Below are positions 50,071 to 61,344 of a stretch of DNA of 64,000 nt, piece by piece. The stretch's first letter is position 1; every line of letters begins with the position of its first letter. The stretch is from Geopsychrobacteraceae bacterium. Lineage in GTDB: Bacteria; Desulfobacterota; Desulfuromonadia; Desulfuromonadales; Geopsychrobacteraceae. The notes under the pieces were generated by a model. The model was not told where the DNA came from and ran no database searches. It saw only the letters and a list, made by a program, of their open reading frames with translations. The DNA is taken from positions 2,144,001-2,208,000 of the forward strand of contig CAXXTB010000002.1 of assembly GCA_963676795.2 (NCBI GenBank). The letters run 5' to 3'. The position numbers were made by a program, and so were the translations under genes.

Positions 50071-50829
50071 ATCAGAATCCGGTGCTGAAACCATAAGAGG
50101 AACACCGCAATCACAGCTTGTCCCGATCTCAAGATCAAGGGGGATGGTTCCCAGTATTGGCAAGCCTAGCTCATGGCTCAACTCTTCACCTCCGCCACGA
50201 CCAAAAATCTCGATCGGCTCCGCAGTATGTCCACACATGAAATAGGACATGTTTTCAACCAGTCCGACAATATTCAGATTGAACTTCCTGAATAGCTCGA
50301 CAGCCCGGCGGACATCGGCAAGAGCAACCTTCTGGGGAGTCGTCACCATCAGGACCTCAGCACCGGGGATCGCCTGGGCGACGACAATCGAAGCATCTCC
50401 TGTCCCCGGCGGCAAGTCCACCACCAGGAAATCCAGCTCTCCCCAGACAACCTGCTGAATGAGTTGCTGGATCGCCCTTCCCACCATTGGTCCACGCCAG
50501 ATGATCGCCTGCCCTTCTTCGGTCAGCATCCCGATGGACATAATTTTCAGGCCAAATTTCAAGGGCGGAATCATTAATTTATTCTCCCAGACCGGGGGCT
50601 CCTTTATATCAAGCATCACCGGGATACTCGGACCGTAGACATCCGCATCCAGTAATCCGACCCTGTTGCCCTCTCTGGCAAGCGCCAGAGCAATATTGAC
50701 GGCAAGGGTCGTTTTGCCAACGCCCCCCTTTCCGCTGGCAACAGACAACACGCGATGAACCTTGTTCATTCCAGACTCAGTACCGGAGAATGACCCCGGT
50801 GCGTTTACAGGTTCCTGCTTGTCGACCAT
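50017..50829 (-). CDS. mrp: Mrp/ApbC/NBP35 P-loop ATPase (Fe-S cluster carrier family)
   Basis: SGKGGVGKT, DADVYGPS, WRGPM, DLPPGTGD, VTTPQ, GLVENMS. Confidence 0.92.
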   Translation of the reverse strand: MVDKQEPVNAPGSFSGTESGMNKVHRVLSVASGKGGVGKTTLAVNIALALAREGNRVGLLDADVYGPSIPVMLDIKEPPVWENKLMIPPLKFGLKIMSIGMLTEEGQAIIWRGPMVGRAIQQLIQQVVWGELDFLVVDLPPGTGDASIVVAQAIPGAEVLMVTTPQKVALADVRRAVELFRKFNLNIVGLVENMSYFMCGHTAEPIEIFGRGGGEELSHELGLPILGTIPLDLEIGTSCDCGVPLMVSAPDSDSGLVFQQIARKIFERVN

Positions 50830-51127
50830 ATGATCTCCTTTTAGAGGCGGCTTTTTTCATACCTCCGTGCGCCTGATGAAAAAGGTTATATCGTTTCGAA
50901 TAGCGCTATTTTAAATTTTAACGCCTCAGGAAAGCCTGACAATCCTAGCCCCAATTTTATTGACAACAGGTACGTTCAGAAACCCTGCGGCTACTGTGCC
51001 CCCACGGCTGCTTGATCACAATGTTGTTTGAACCTGACTCAGCGACTGAAAAGGTCTTTAACAGATTAGAGTTTTCCCCAGATCCTGATACTCTTTAAAA
51101 AGACAACCTGTCCTACGAGGTGGTTTT

Positions 51128-53470
<2,343 letters not shown>

Positions 53471-53667
53471 ATGTCCGGGCCTGAATCCGGCTCAACAGAT
53501 CCCCATTTCGCCCTGATCTTCATGCGCTTTCATGGCTTTTTCCTGAAGAAAAACCTGGCAAGTTAAGCGTTGCACAATCGCCGGAGATGGTGCATTGTCG
53601 TCCTCATGTAAAAATCAAACATATAGAGTTTTAGTTCTTTTACTACATTTCAACAGGGGTATTCATC

Positions 53668-54420
53668 ATGTTCAGCTTAAAAGGAAAGAACGCAGTCGTG
53701 ACCGGTGCAGCAGCCGGAATCGGGAGAGGAATTGCAGTTGCTCTGGCAAGACAGGGTGCCAATGTCGCCATCACCGACCGCCCTGGTGTTGATATGGAAG
53801 AAGCCAAACAGGCAGCTGCGGCCTTTGGCGGTCAGATCATCACCGTTGCCATGGATGTCTCCGATGAAGCGATGATCGAATCTGCGATGGCACAGATCCT
53901 TGAACAGTTCGGCCACGTTGATATCTTCGCCAGCAACGCGGGGATCAATACCTGTGAAGATGCCTTGAACATCTCGACCGAAAGCTGGGATCGCCACTTC
54001 GATATCAATGTCAGGGGCGGCTTCCTGGCCCTGAAAAAAGTCCTGCCGGGGATGATCGAGAACAAGTGGGGCCGGGTCATCTTCACCGCAAGCCAGGCGG
54101 CAACCGTCGGCCGCCCGGGCCAACCGGCCTACTGTGCGACCAAAGGCGCTCTGACCTCGCTGTCACGCGGGCTGGCCCTCGACTATGCTGCCCATAACAT
54201 CACCGTCAACACCGTCGCGCCGACCTTCGTACTGACCGACATCAGCAGAAAACGGATGGAAGATCCGAAATTCAGAGAGTGGGTCCTCGGCATGATCCCG
54301 GTCGGCAGACTGGCAACTATGGACGATGTCGGCAACGCCGTCGCCTTCCTAGCCTCCGAAGAAGCCTCCATGATCACCGGCCACAACCTGCCGGTTGACG
54401 GTGGCTGGACCATTCAATAG
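53668..54420 (+). CDS. Short-chain dehydrogenase/reductase
   Basis: TGAAAGIG, SNAG, YCATK, VDGGW. Confidence 0.93.
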   Translation: MFSLKGKNAVVTGAAAGIGRGIAVALARQGANVAITDRPGVDMEEAKQAAAAFGGQIITVAMDVSDEAMIESAMAQILEQFGHVDIFASNAGINTCEDALNISTESWDRHFDINVRGGFLALKKVLPGMIENKWGRVIFTASQAATVGRPGQPAYCATKGALTSLSRGLALDYAAHNITVNTVAPTFVLTDISRKRMEDPKFREWVLGMIPVGRLATMDDVGNAVAFLASEEASMITGHNLPVDGGWTIQ

Positions 54421-54445
54421 AAAGATCGGCACAATAGATTACATC

Positions 54446-54478
54446 AAAAGGGCTATCCGGAACGGGCAGCCCTTTTTT
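54446..54478 (+). terminator. Intrinsic terminator after the SDR gene
   Basis: AAAAGGGCT...AGCCCTTTTTT. Confidence 0.75.
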
Positions 54479-54611
54479 GTCAGAAATTTTTCTCTTAACT
54501 TGTGCGATATTCAGCTAAAATCTCCTTAAAATATCGAAATGGAAAGAGCCGGTGCTATCCGGTGACTGATAATCAATAACCTGCCGATATAGAATGACGA
54601 AAGGGCGTAGC

Positions 54612-55745
54612 ATGCAAAAAGCCAAGGTTTACTTTACCGACTTCCGTACCGTCGCCTTTGGTGACGGGCTGCCGACCAAGCTCAATAAACTGATCAAAAA
54701 AGCCGGCATCGGTCAGATCGACATGCAGGGTAAGTTCGTTGCCATCAAGATGCATTTCGGCGAGCTGGGCAACATCAGCTACCTGCGTCCCAATTACGCC
54801 AAGGCGGTGGCCGATCTGGTCAAGGAGCTGGGCGGCAAGCCGTTTCTGACCGACTCCAACACCATGTACCCCGGCAAACGCAAAAACGCTTTGGAACATC
54901 TCGAATGTGCCTGGGAGAATGGTTTTACGCCGTTGTCGACCGGCTGCCCGATCCTGATCGGCGACGGCCTGAAAGGAACCGACGACGTCGCCGTGCCGGT
55001 GATCGGCGGCGAATATGTCAAGGAGGCGCGCATCGGCCGCGCGGTGATGGACGCCGATATCTTCATCAGCCTGACCCACTTCAAGGGGCACGAAGTGGCC
55101 GGTTTCGGAGGTGCGATCAAGAATATCGGCATGGGCTGCGGTTCGCGTGCCGGGAAAACCGAAATGCACAGCAACGGTCAGCCGAAAATCAGTGAAGCGA
55201 AGTGTTGCGGCTGCCAGATCTGTTTCAAGGAATGCGCCAACGGCGGGCTGGTCTTCGATGCCGCAGCCAAAAAGATGCGGATTGATCCGGAGAACTGCGT
55301 CGGCTGCGGCCGCTGCCTGGGAGCATGTAACTACGATGCCATCTCCTTCGCCTTCGACGCGGCGGTCGAAACCCTCAACCGTAAGATGGCAGAATACACC
55401 AAGGCGGTTGTCGACGGCCGCCCCCACTTTCATATCTCGCTGGTCGTCGATGTCTCCCCCAACTGCGACTGCCACGGCGAAAACGATGCGCCGATCCTGC
55501 CCAACCTGGGGATGTTCGCCTCCTTCGACCCGCTGGCCCTCGACCAGGCCTGCGTCGATGCCTGCATGAAGGCCAAACCGTTACCGGGCAGCCAGCTCTA
55601 TGAGAATATGCAGAGAGCTGATTTTGTCGATCACAAGGACCACTTCACCAACAACACCCCCAACTCGGAGTGGCGCAGCTGTCTCGATCAGGCAGAGAAG
55701 ATAGGACTCGGCAGCCGGGATTATGAATTGATCGTGATGACGTAA
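54612..55745 (+). CDS. DUF362 protein with 2x[4Fe-4S] ferredoxin domain
   Basis: AIKMHFGE, THFKGH, GGAIKNIGMG, CCGCQICFKEC, CVGCGRCLGAC, SPNCDC. Confidence 0.9.
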   Translation: MQKAKVYFTDFRTVAFGDGLPTKLNKLIKKAGIGQIDMQGKFVAIKMHFGELGNISYLRPNYAKAVADLVKELGGKPFLTDSNTMYPGKRKNALEHLECAWENGFTPLSTGCPILIGDGLKGTDDVAVPVIGGEYVKEARIGRAVMDADIFISLTHFKGHEVAGFGGAIKNIGMGCGSRAGKTEMHSNGQPKISEAKCCGCQICFKECANGGLVFDAAAKKMRIDPENCVGCGRCLGACNYDAISFAFDAAVETLNRKMAEYTKAVVDGRPHFHISLVVDVSPNCDCHGENDAPILPNLGMFASFDPLALDQACVDACMKAKPLPGSQLYENMQRADFVDHKDHFTNNTPNSEWRSCLDQAEKIGLGSRDYELIVMT

Positions 55746-55937
55746 CAAATCGCTCCCGCTGTGACAAAGAAAAATGCCGCCCCCCCTTCTTTTCAGTCCG
55801 TTCATCGACTATACTTTAAAGAAAGAAGGGAGGGATGCCTATCGAAACAGACTCACAAAATTCAAATAGGTTATCCAATACCCCGGCGTCGACAGACTCC
55901 GGGACATCCCGTGTAAGGGATCTTCGTTAACTCCACA

Positions 55938-55966
55938 AAAGGCCCGCTTTCGACCAGCGGGCCTTT
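55938..55966. terminator. Terminator-like hairpin about 190 nt after the DUF362 stop
   Basis: AAAGGCCCGCT-ttcgacc-AGCGGGCCTTT. Confidence 0.7.
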
Positions 55967-56071
55967 CACTGTTATAAGAAATTTTTACCCGGCCTGATCG
56001 AATTGCAACTTGGGCAGAATAATCGCGGGCTCTGTGTTATCAATCATCTACCTGCCATGGACCCTTAAGCT

Positions 56072-58015
56072 ATGAACTGGACTCATCTTCTGAACGATGT
56101 TGCCAGCTGGGTCAGCATGCATGCAGCAACGGCCTACTTGGTTGTTTTCCTCACCGCCTTGGCTGAATCTCTGGCGCTCGTCGGACTCGTCGTCCCGGGA
56201 ACAGCTCTGATGATCATCTTCGGTGCGCTGGTCGGCAGTGGTCACCTGGCATTTTCACCAACCCTGATCGCAGCAATCCTGGGAGCCATTGCCGGTGACG
56301 GTATCAGCTACTGGCTGGGACGCCATTATCATCAGAGCATAAAGAACCTCTGGCCATTTCGCAGCCGTCCGCAACTGCTCTTGCACGGTGAAGAGTTTTT
56401 CACCCGGCATGGCGGCAAGAGTATCTTCTTCGGTCGCTTTCTCGGCCCGATCCGGCCGGTTATCCCCCTGATCGCCGGGACCCTGGACATGCCAGCCCGT
56501 TTCTTTGTGACTGTCAACGTCCTGTCGGCCATCATCTGGGGCTTCGTATACCTGCTTCCTGGCATGCTGGTCGGCGGCTCACTCACGGTCATTCACGCCG
56601 TCAGTGCCAGACTCAGCCTACTGTTACTGTTACTGATCCTATGTGCTTGGCTGATCTTCTGGCTCAGCAAAAAATTGTTCATTCTGCTTAAAGGGCTCAG
56701 CCCCAAAAGTGAACAGCGCATGCTGCTGATTCTCTGCATTGTCTTTATTCTCGCCGGCACGCTCTTTCTCGGCGTCCTCGAAGATGTTCTGACCCTTGAT
56801 CCCCTGGTCAGAGCCGACCAGTCGATCTATCAGTTTCTGCAATCACTGCGGACGCCATGGGCAAACCAGATTCTTATAGCTGTCACCGAACTGGGTGACA
56901 GTATCATGAACCTGGCATTTTCCCTCGGTTTGCTTATTGCGTTGCTACTCAAACGCCTGTACCGCACGGCACTTTTCTGGAGCGCTGCCGCCGTCGGTGG
57001 CGGAGTCCTGGTTCAACTGTTCAAATGGCTGGTTCATAAACCACGACCGATCCTGATCTATGAAGGAGTCTCAAGCTGGGGATTCCCGAGTGGCCACACG
57101 ACCATGAGCGTCATCCTGTTCGGCTTTGCCGCCATATTGCTCATGCCGCAGCTGCCCCTGCGCCGCCGCTGGATTCCGCTGGCCACGGCTATTTTCGCCT
57201 CACTGCTGGTTGCCTTTTCACGGCTCTATCTCGGGGCTCACTGGCTGTCAGATGTTCTTGGCGGGTTGTCTCTGGGATGGGCCTGGATTGCATTGCTGAG
57301 TATTTTCTATCTTAAAGGTCCGAGGCAAACCTTCCGTCCCCGGCTGCTGGTGATTCCGTTGCTGCTGGTCACGCTGATCTTCGGTAGTTGGCATATTGCC
57401 TCGAAACACGTCCAGGACTTAAGTCGTTATCAGCCACGCAATACACCAACGGTCGTTTCCTTGCACGAGTGGCAGCAGGAGCAGTGGCAACAGCTGCCGA
57501 CCTGGCGGATCGACCTGGCCGGTGAAAAGGAGCAGCCACTGACTCTTCAGTATGCCGGAGGCCTGCTGTCGCTGGCCGATTACCTGACACAGAATGGCTG
57601 GGTTCAGATCGAGGGCTTTTCATTCAGTCAGCTGATGAACGCACTGACCACATCGCCCCCCATCAGCCAGCTGCCGGTTCTGCCGCAACTGTCAGACGGA
57701 CAGCGGGAACAACTGCTGATGGTCATGAATCAGGCAGGCAGTCGACTGGTTCTACGCTTCTGGGACAGCGGCTTTCAGCTCTCTGACGGACGACCGCTGT
57801 GGGTCGGATCAGTCGTCCGCCATAAAGCCGTGTCAACGGCCGGGCTACTGACCTTGTCACAAGCCGAAAAGAACTTCAGTCAGACCAGAACCCTTCTGCA
57901 GAATATTCTCTCCGGTCATTTCAGCCTGCAAAGAATGGATCGAGACCCTGTCTTGGGCAGCGACAGGAATTATTGGGATCGGCAGGTTCTGCTGATCTGG
58001 AAGGATGCCAATTGA
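56072..58015 (+). CDS. DedA + PAP2 phosphatase + LssY C-terminal fusion
   Basis: AESLALVGLVVPG, GDGISYWLGR, GRFLGPIR (DedA); KPRP, FPSGH, SRLYLGAHWLSDV (PAP2); QPLTLQYAG. Confidence 0.88.
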   Translation: MNWTHLLNDVASWVSMHAATAYLVVFLTALAESLALVGLVVPGTALMIIFGALVGSGHLAFSPTLIAAILGAIAGDGISYWLGRHYHQSIKNLWPFRSRPQLLLHGEEFFTRHGGKSIFFGRFLGPIRPVIPLIAGTLDMPARFFVTVNVLSAIIWGFVYLLPGMLVGGSLTVIHAVSARLSLLLLLLILCAWLIFWLSKKLFILLKGLSPKSEQRMLLILCIVFILAGTLFLGVLEDVLTLDPLVRADQSIYQFLQSLRTPWANQILIAVTELGDSIMNLAFSLGLLIALLLKRLYRTALFWSAAAVGGGVLVQLFKWLVHKPRPILIYEGVSSWGFPSGHTTMSVILFGFAAILLMPQLPLRRRWIPLATAIFASLLVAFSRLYLGAHWLSDVLGGLSLGWAWIALLSIFYLKGPRQTFRPRLLVIPLLLVTLIFGSWHIASKHVQDLSRYQPRNTPTVVSLHEWQQEQWQQLPTWRIDLAGEKEQPLTLQYAGGLLSLADYLTQNGWVQIEGFSFSQLMNALTTSPPISQLPVLPQLSDGQREQLLMVMNQAGSRLVLRFWDSGFQLSDGRPLWVGSVVRHKAVSTAGLLTLSQAEKNFSQTRTLLQNILSGHFSLQRMDRDPVLGSDRNYWDRQVLLIWKDAN

Positions 58016-58030
58016 GTGAGTGCAGCAACC

Positions 58031-58068
58031 AAAAAGCCCAGGTATGTCTGTCAGTACCGGGGCTTTCT
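58031..58068. terminator. Bidirectional terminator between the DedA-PAP2 gene and the TM2/pilin gene
   Basis: AAAGCCC(A)GGTA...TACC(G)GGGCTTT. Confidence 0.6.
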
Positions 58069-58103
58069 GGTTTTAAAGTGAAATAACGTCAAGCGGTTTT
58101 TCC

Positions 58104-59027
58104 TCACTCGACAAAATGGAACCGACTGACCAGCAGGTTCTCGCCATAATTGTCTCTGATCTCCTGCACGATATCGTAGCGATCATACTCATCGACATCT
58201 GCCGTCTCGCTCGAGGTCAGGTAGGCTGTCTGCCCTTCATCATGGAAACTGACGATCTGATAATCATCACCGCCGAGATTGAAATAATAGAGGACCACGT
58301 CTTCGGAGGTACTGCAGTCGAGGTCTCCCTGCTGAACGGGATAGACCATATGATCGATATAATAACTCTCAGCCAGGGTCTTGCAGATTTTCAGGTCGCT
58401 GCTGGCGATACTGTCGTGAGCTTTGTTCTGGTAGGACACGAACTGCGGAATGGCGATCGCCGCGATGATGCCGATTACAGCTATGACGACGACCATCAGT
58501 ACGCAGGAGATGACCACAGCCAGGCCACTGACCTGCGGATAGCGTCGTTTCAGCTCTACTTCATCCTTGCAGGCGTAGATAATGAATTCGATCAGGGCGA
58601 CAATTCCCGGGATATACGTCCAGAAGAAAATCATGTAAAGAATGCCCTGCAGGTATTTCTTCTGATAAAACTTGTGCCCGCCTATGCCGCCAAGAAAGAA
58701 GGTGATCAGCAGCAGGGCAACCTTGCTCACCCCCTGTCCAACTGCCGCCGAAGAGGTTCGTCCGCCGCACTGGGGGCACTTGACCGCCTCAATATTGATC
58801 CGGGTGCCGCAACTTGAACAGTATTTGACTTCAGGTTCCGGCTTGATGGCACGATCAAAACGAAATTCGTCATCCGTATCATCGTTAACCGGAGGATAAC
58901 TGCTATCAAAGGGAAAAGATTCCTTACATTTTGGACAGTTGACAACCTTTGTCGCCGATGGAATTTTATGCCGCTCCATCTCCTTGGAATAGCCACAATG
59001 CGGGCACTCAATCATGATCAGGTCCAC
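58104..59027 (-). CDS. Double zinc-ribbon + TM2 domain + type IV pilin-like fusion membrane protein
   Basis: CPHC...CPKC, CSSC...CPQC; FFLGGIGGHKFY (TM2); IGIIAAIAIPQFVSYQNKAHDSIASSDLK (pilin alpha1). Confidence 0.85.
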   Translation of the reverse strand: MDLIMIECPHCGYSKEMERHKIPSATKVVNCPKCKESFPFDSSYPPVNDDTDDEFRFDRAIKPEPEVKYCSSCGTRINIEAVKCPQCGGRTSSAAVGQGVSKVALLLITFFLGGIGGHKFYQKKYLQGILYMIFFWTYIPGIVALIEFIIYACKDEVELKRRYPQVSGLAVVISCVLMVVVIAVIGIIAAIAIPQFVSYQNKAHDSIASSDLKICKTLAESYYIDHMVYPVQQGDLDCSTSEDVVLYYFNLGGDDYQIVSFHDEGQTAYLTSSETADVDEYDRYDIVQEIRDNYGENLLVSRFHFVE

Positions 59028-59359
59028 GAGATCTCCCCTTCTATTGGTATAAACAGAACGTGCAAATAACTGCCGGTGACCAGTCTACACAAAATCCTTT
59101 CACAGACCAAAACCTTTAACTAAAAAGTTCTTATTTTCCAAAAACCTCACAAGCTCTGATCAATACGAAACAGAAAATTGAATTCAGTCAGAGATGTCAG
59201 GAGAATATTTGCAGCAAAATGAGTGGTTCAGAAAGTCAAATTCAGAAGCTTTGCTATTATTAAAAGACTCGACATTTGCGTCATGGCCATGGATACTCAA
59301 CAAATGATTAGCCATTAATAATCCAAAAAACTTTCATCATCCGTCAAAGGTGAACAGGT

Positions 59360-61273
59360 ATGGCTGTAGATAAAAACATTCGTATTCTTCTGGTCGAAGA
59401 TTCCGCCCCAACCCGGAAAATCGAAGGTCGAATCCTGCGCAAAACCCTTGGCTTTGAGACGGTCCTCGAAGCAGTCGATGCCGAACAGGCGATTGAAATG
59501 CTCCAGGGCGGCGAACAGGTCGACCTGGTCATCAGCGACTGGAACATGAACCAGCTGACCGGCCTCGACCTGCTCAAATGGATCCGCAGCGAAGAACAGA
59601 TCAGCCAGACGCCCTTCATCATGGCAACAGGCCAGGGAGAAAAGAAACAGATCAAACTGGTCAACGAAGCGGGCGGTAACGGCGTCGTTTCCAAGCCCTT
59701 TTCACCGGACGATCTGATGGCCAAAATCGAACTGGCCATGAGCGGTGATGAAGGGGCAGCTGCGCAGGCCAGCGCCCACCAGCCACTGGTCGGGGCCGAC
59801 GGCAAGGTCACGTTCAGGGTCGGCCACATCCAGATCACCGATCACCTGGTTCTCGGCGTGGCCAAACACCTGATCGACAGCGGCGAGATTACCCCGCGTC
59901 ACTTCTGCCTGGAAACCCGCTGCTTTAAAAGCTGGAACCCGGTCGCAGCCGAACTCGAAGCAGGCAACACCGATGGCGCCCTGATCCTGGCGCCGATGGC
60001 CATGGACCTCTACGGCTTCGGTGTACCGATAAAACTGACCCTGCTCGCTCATAAAAACGGCAGCATCATGGTCCGCAACAAGCTGAACCGCGGCACCGGC
60101 AAAGACCTGTTCAAAGGAAAGACCTTCTATCTCCCCCATCAGTTGTCGGTCCACCACCTGCTCTCCCATGCCTATCTGACCCAGCTGGGCTTAAATCCTG
60201 GCGTTGCCGGCAAATCGAGCGGCGATATGAATCTGGAGATCGTCCCGCCGGTCCAGATGCCCGAACTTCTGGTCGGCAACCCCGATGCCGGCGGCTACCT
60301 GGTGGCCGAGCCACTGGGAACCAAAGCGATTGCGGCGGGCAACGCGGAGCAGGTGCTGCTCTCCGGCGAGGTCTGGGATGGTCACCCCTGCTGCGTCTGT
60401 GTGTTGCGTCAGGAACTGATCGAGCAACACCCCGAAGCGGTACAGGAACTGACCAACCTGATGGTCCGGGCCGGTAAGTTCATAGCCCAGCAGCCGGGAA
60501 AATCAGCCGAGATTGCCGTCAAGTTTCTCGATCCGGCCGGCGAACTTGGCCTCAAGGAACAGGTCCTGTTCAACGTTCTAACCGAACCGGCCGGTATCAA
60601 GACCGATAACCTTTACCCGGTCGCCTCCGATCTGAAAGCGATGCAGGAATACCTGCACAACAAGATGGAACTCGGCTCACTGATCGATGTCGACAGCTTC
60701 CTCGATCTGCGCTTTGCCGATCAGGCCTGCGACAACAAGCCAGCCGCCGACAGACCAACCACCCTGAACCCGGCAGGGTTCCTGGAAAAAGTCCGCGCGG
60801 CACGAACCGGTGAAAGTATGGCCAAGAAAATGATCGGTCAGGAAGGACAATACCTGTTTGCCAGTGCCGCCGGGGAACACTACGGTATCGGCATCATGAC
60901 CATCCGTGAGATCGTCAGTAACCAACCGCTGATCAAGGTTCCGGAGGCTGAACGCTATATTCGCGGGGTCATGAACATGCGCGGGACAATGATCCCGGTT
61001 CTCGACCTCAACCTCTGGTTCGGTTACGAAGCGATTCAGGAAAACGACCGGACCGCAATCATTGTCGTCGAACAGGAATTCGGGGACGCCCTGGTCCCGC
61101 TCGGGATCATGGTTGAAGGGGTGTCGGAGATTGTCGAGATAACGGCAGAAAATGTTGAACCGGTGCCGGAAATGATGGCCCATGCCGAATACATCCTGGC
61201 CATGACCAAGATCAACAACAATGCACGCACTCTGCTGAACGTGCAGCGTATCATTTCTCAGGCAGCGGCCTGA
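59360..61273 (+). CDS. Receiver + NrtA/CmpA/NasS-like binding domain + CheW fusion
   Basis: LLVEDS, ISDWNM, SKPFS (REC); GHIQITDH, SW, LAPMAMDL, AHKNGS, SVHH, VPPVQMP, VAEP, WDGHPCC (NMT1_2-like); GVMNMRGTMIPVLDL (CheW). Confidence 0.85.
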   Translation: MAVDKNIRILLVEDSAPTRKIEGRILRKTLGFETVLEAVDAEQAIEMLQGGEQVDLVISDWNMNQLTGLDLLKWIRSEEQISQTPFIMATGQGEKKQIKLVNEAGGNGVVSKPFSPDDLMAKIELAMSGDEGAAAQASAHQPLVGADGKVTFRVGHIQITDHLVLGVAKHLIDSGEITPRHFCLETRCFKSWNPVAAELEAGNTDGALILAPMAMDLYGFGVPIKLTLLAHKNGSIMVRNKLNRGTGKDLFKGKTFYLPHQLSVHHLLSHAYLTQLGLNPGVAGKSSGDMNLEIVPPVQMPELLVGNPDAGGYLVAEPLGTKAIAAGNAEQVLLSGEVWDGHPCCVCVLRQELIEQHPEAVQELTNLMVRAGKFIAQQPGKSAEIAVKFLDPAGELGLKEQVLFNVLTEPAGIKTDNLYPVASDLKAMQEYLHNKMELGSLIDVDSFLDLRFADQACDNKPAADRPTTLNPAGFLEKVRAARTGESMAKKMIGQEGQYLFASAAGEHYGIGIMTIREIVSNQPLIKVPEAERYIRGVMNMRGTMIPVLDLNLWFGYEAIQENDRTAIIVVEQEFGDALVPLGIMVEGVSEIVEITAENVEPVPEMMAHAEYILAMTKINNNARTLLNVQRIISQAAA

Positions 61274-61290
61274 TACTTCTCTGTCACAAA

Positions 61291-61320
61291 CAAAGCAGGT
61301 CGCCAGACCGACCTGCTTTG
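61291..61320. terminator. Bidirectional terminator between the REC-CheW fusion and the rhodanese
   Basis: CAAAGCAGGTCG-ccagac-CGACCTGCTTTG. Confidence 0.8.
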
Positions 61321-61344
61321 TTTGCCTCCTTATCCCCACCAGCT

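Noticed and set aside
54583..54590. Sigma28-like GCCGATAT before DUF362
   Set aside because: No TAAA -35 element at the required spacing.
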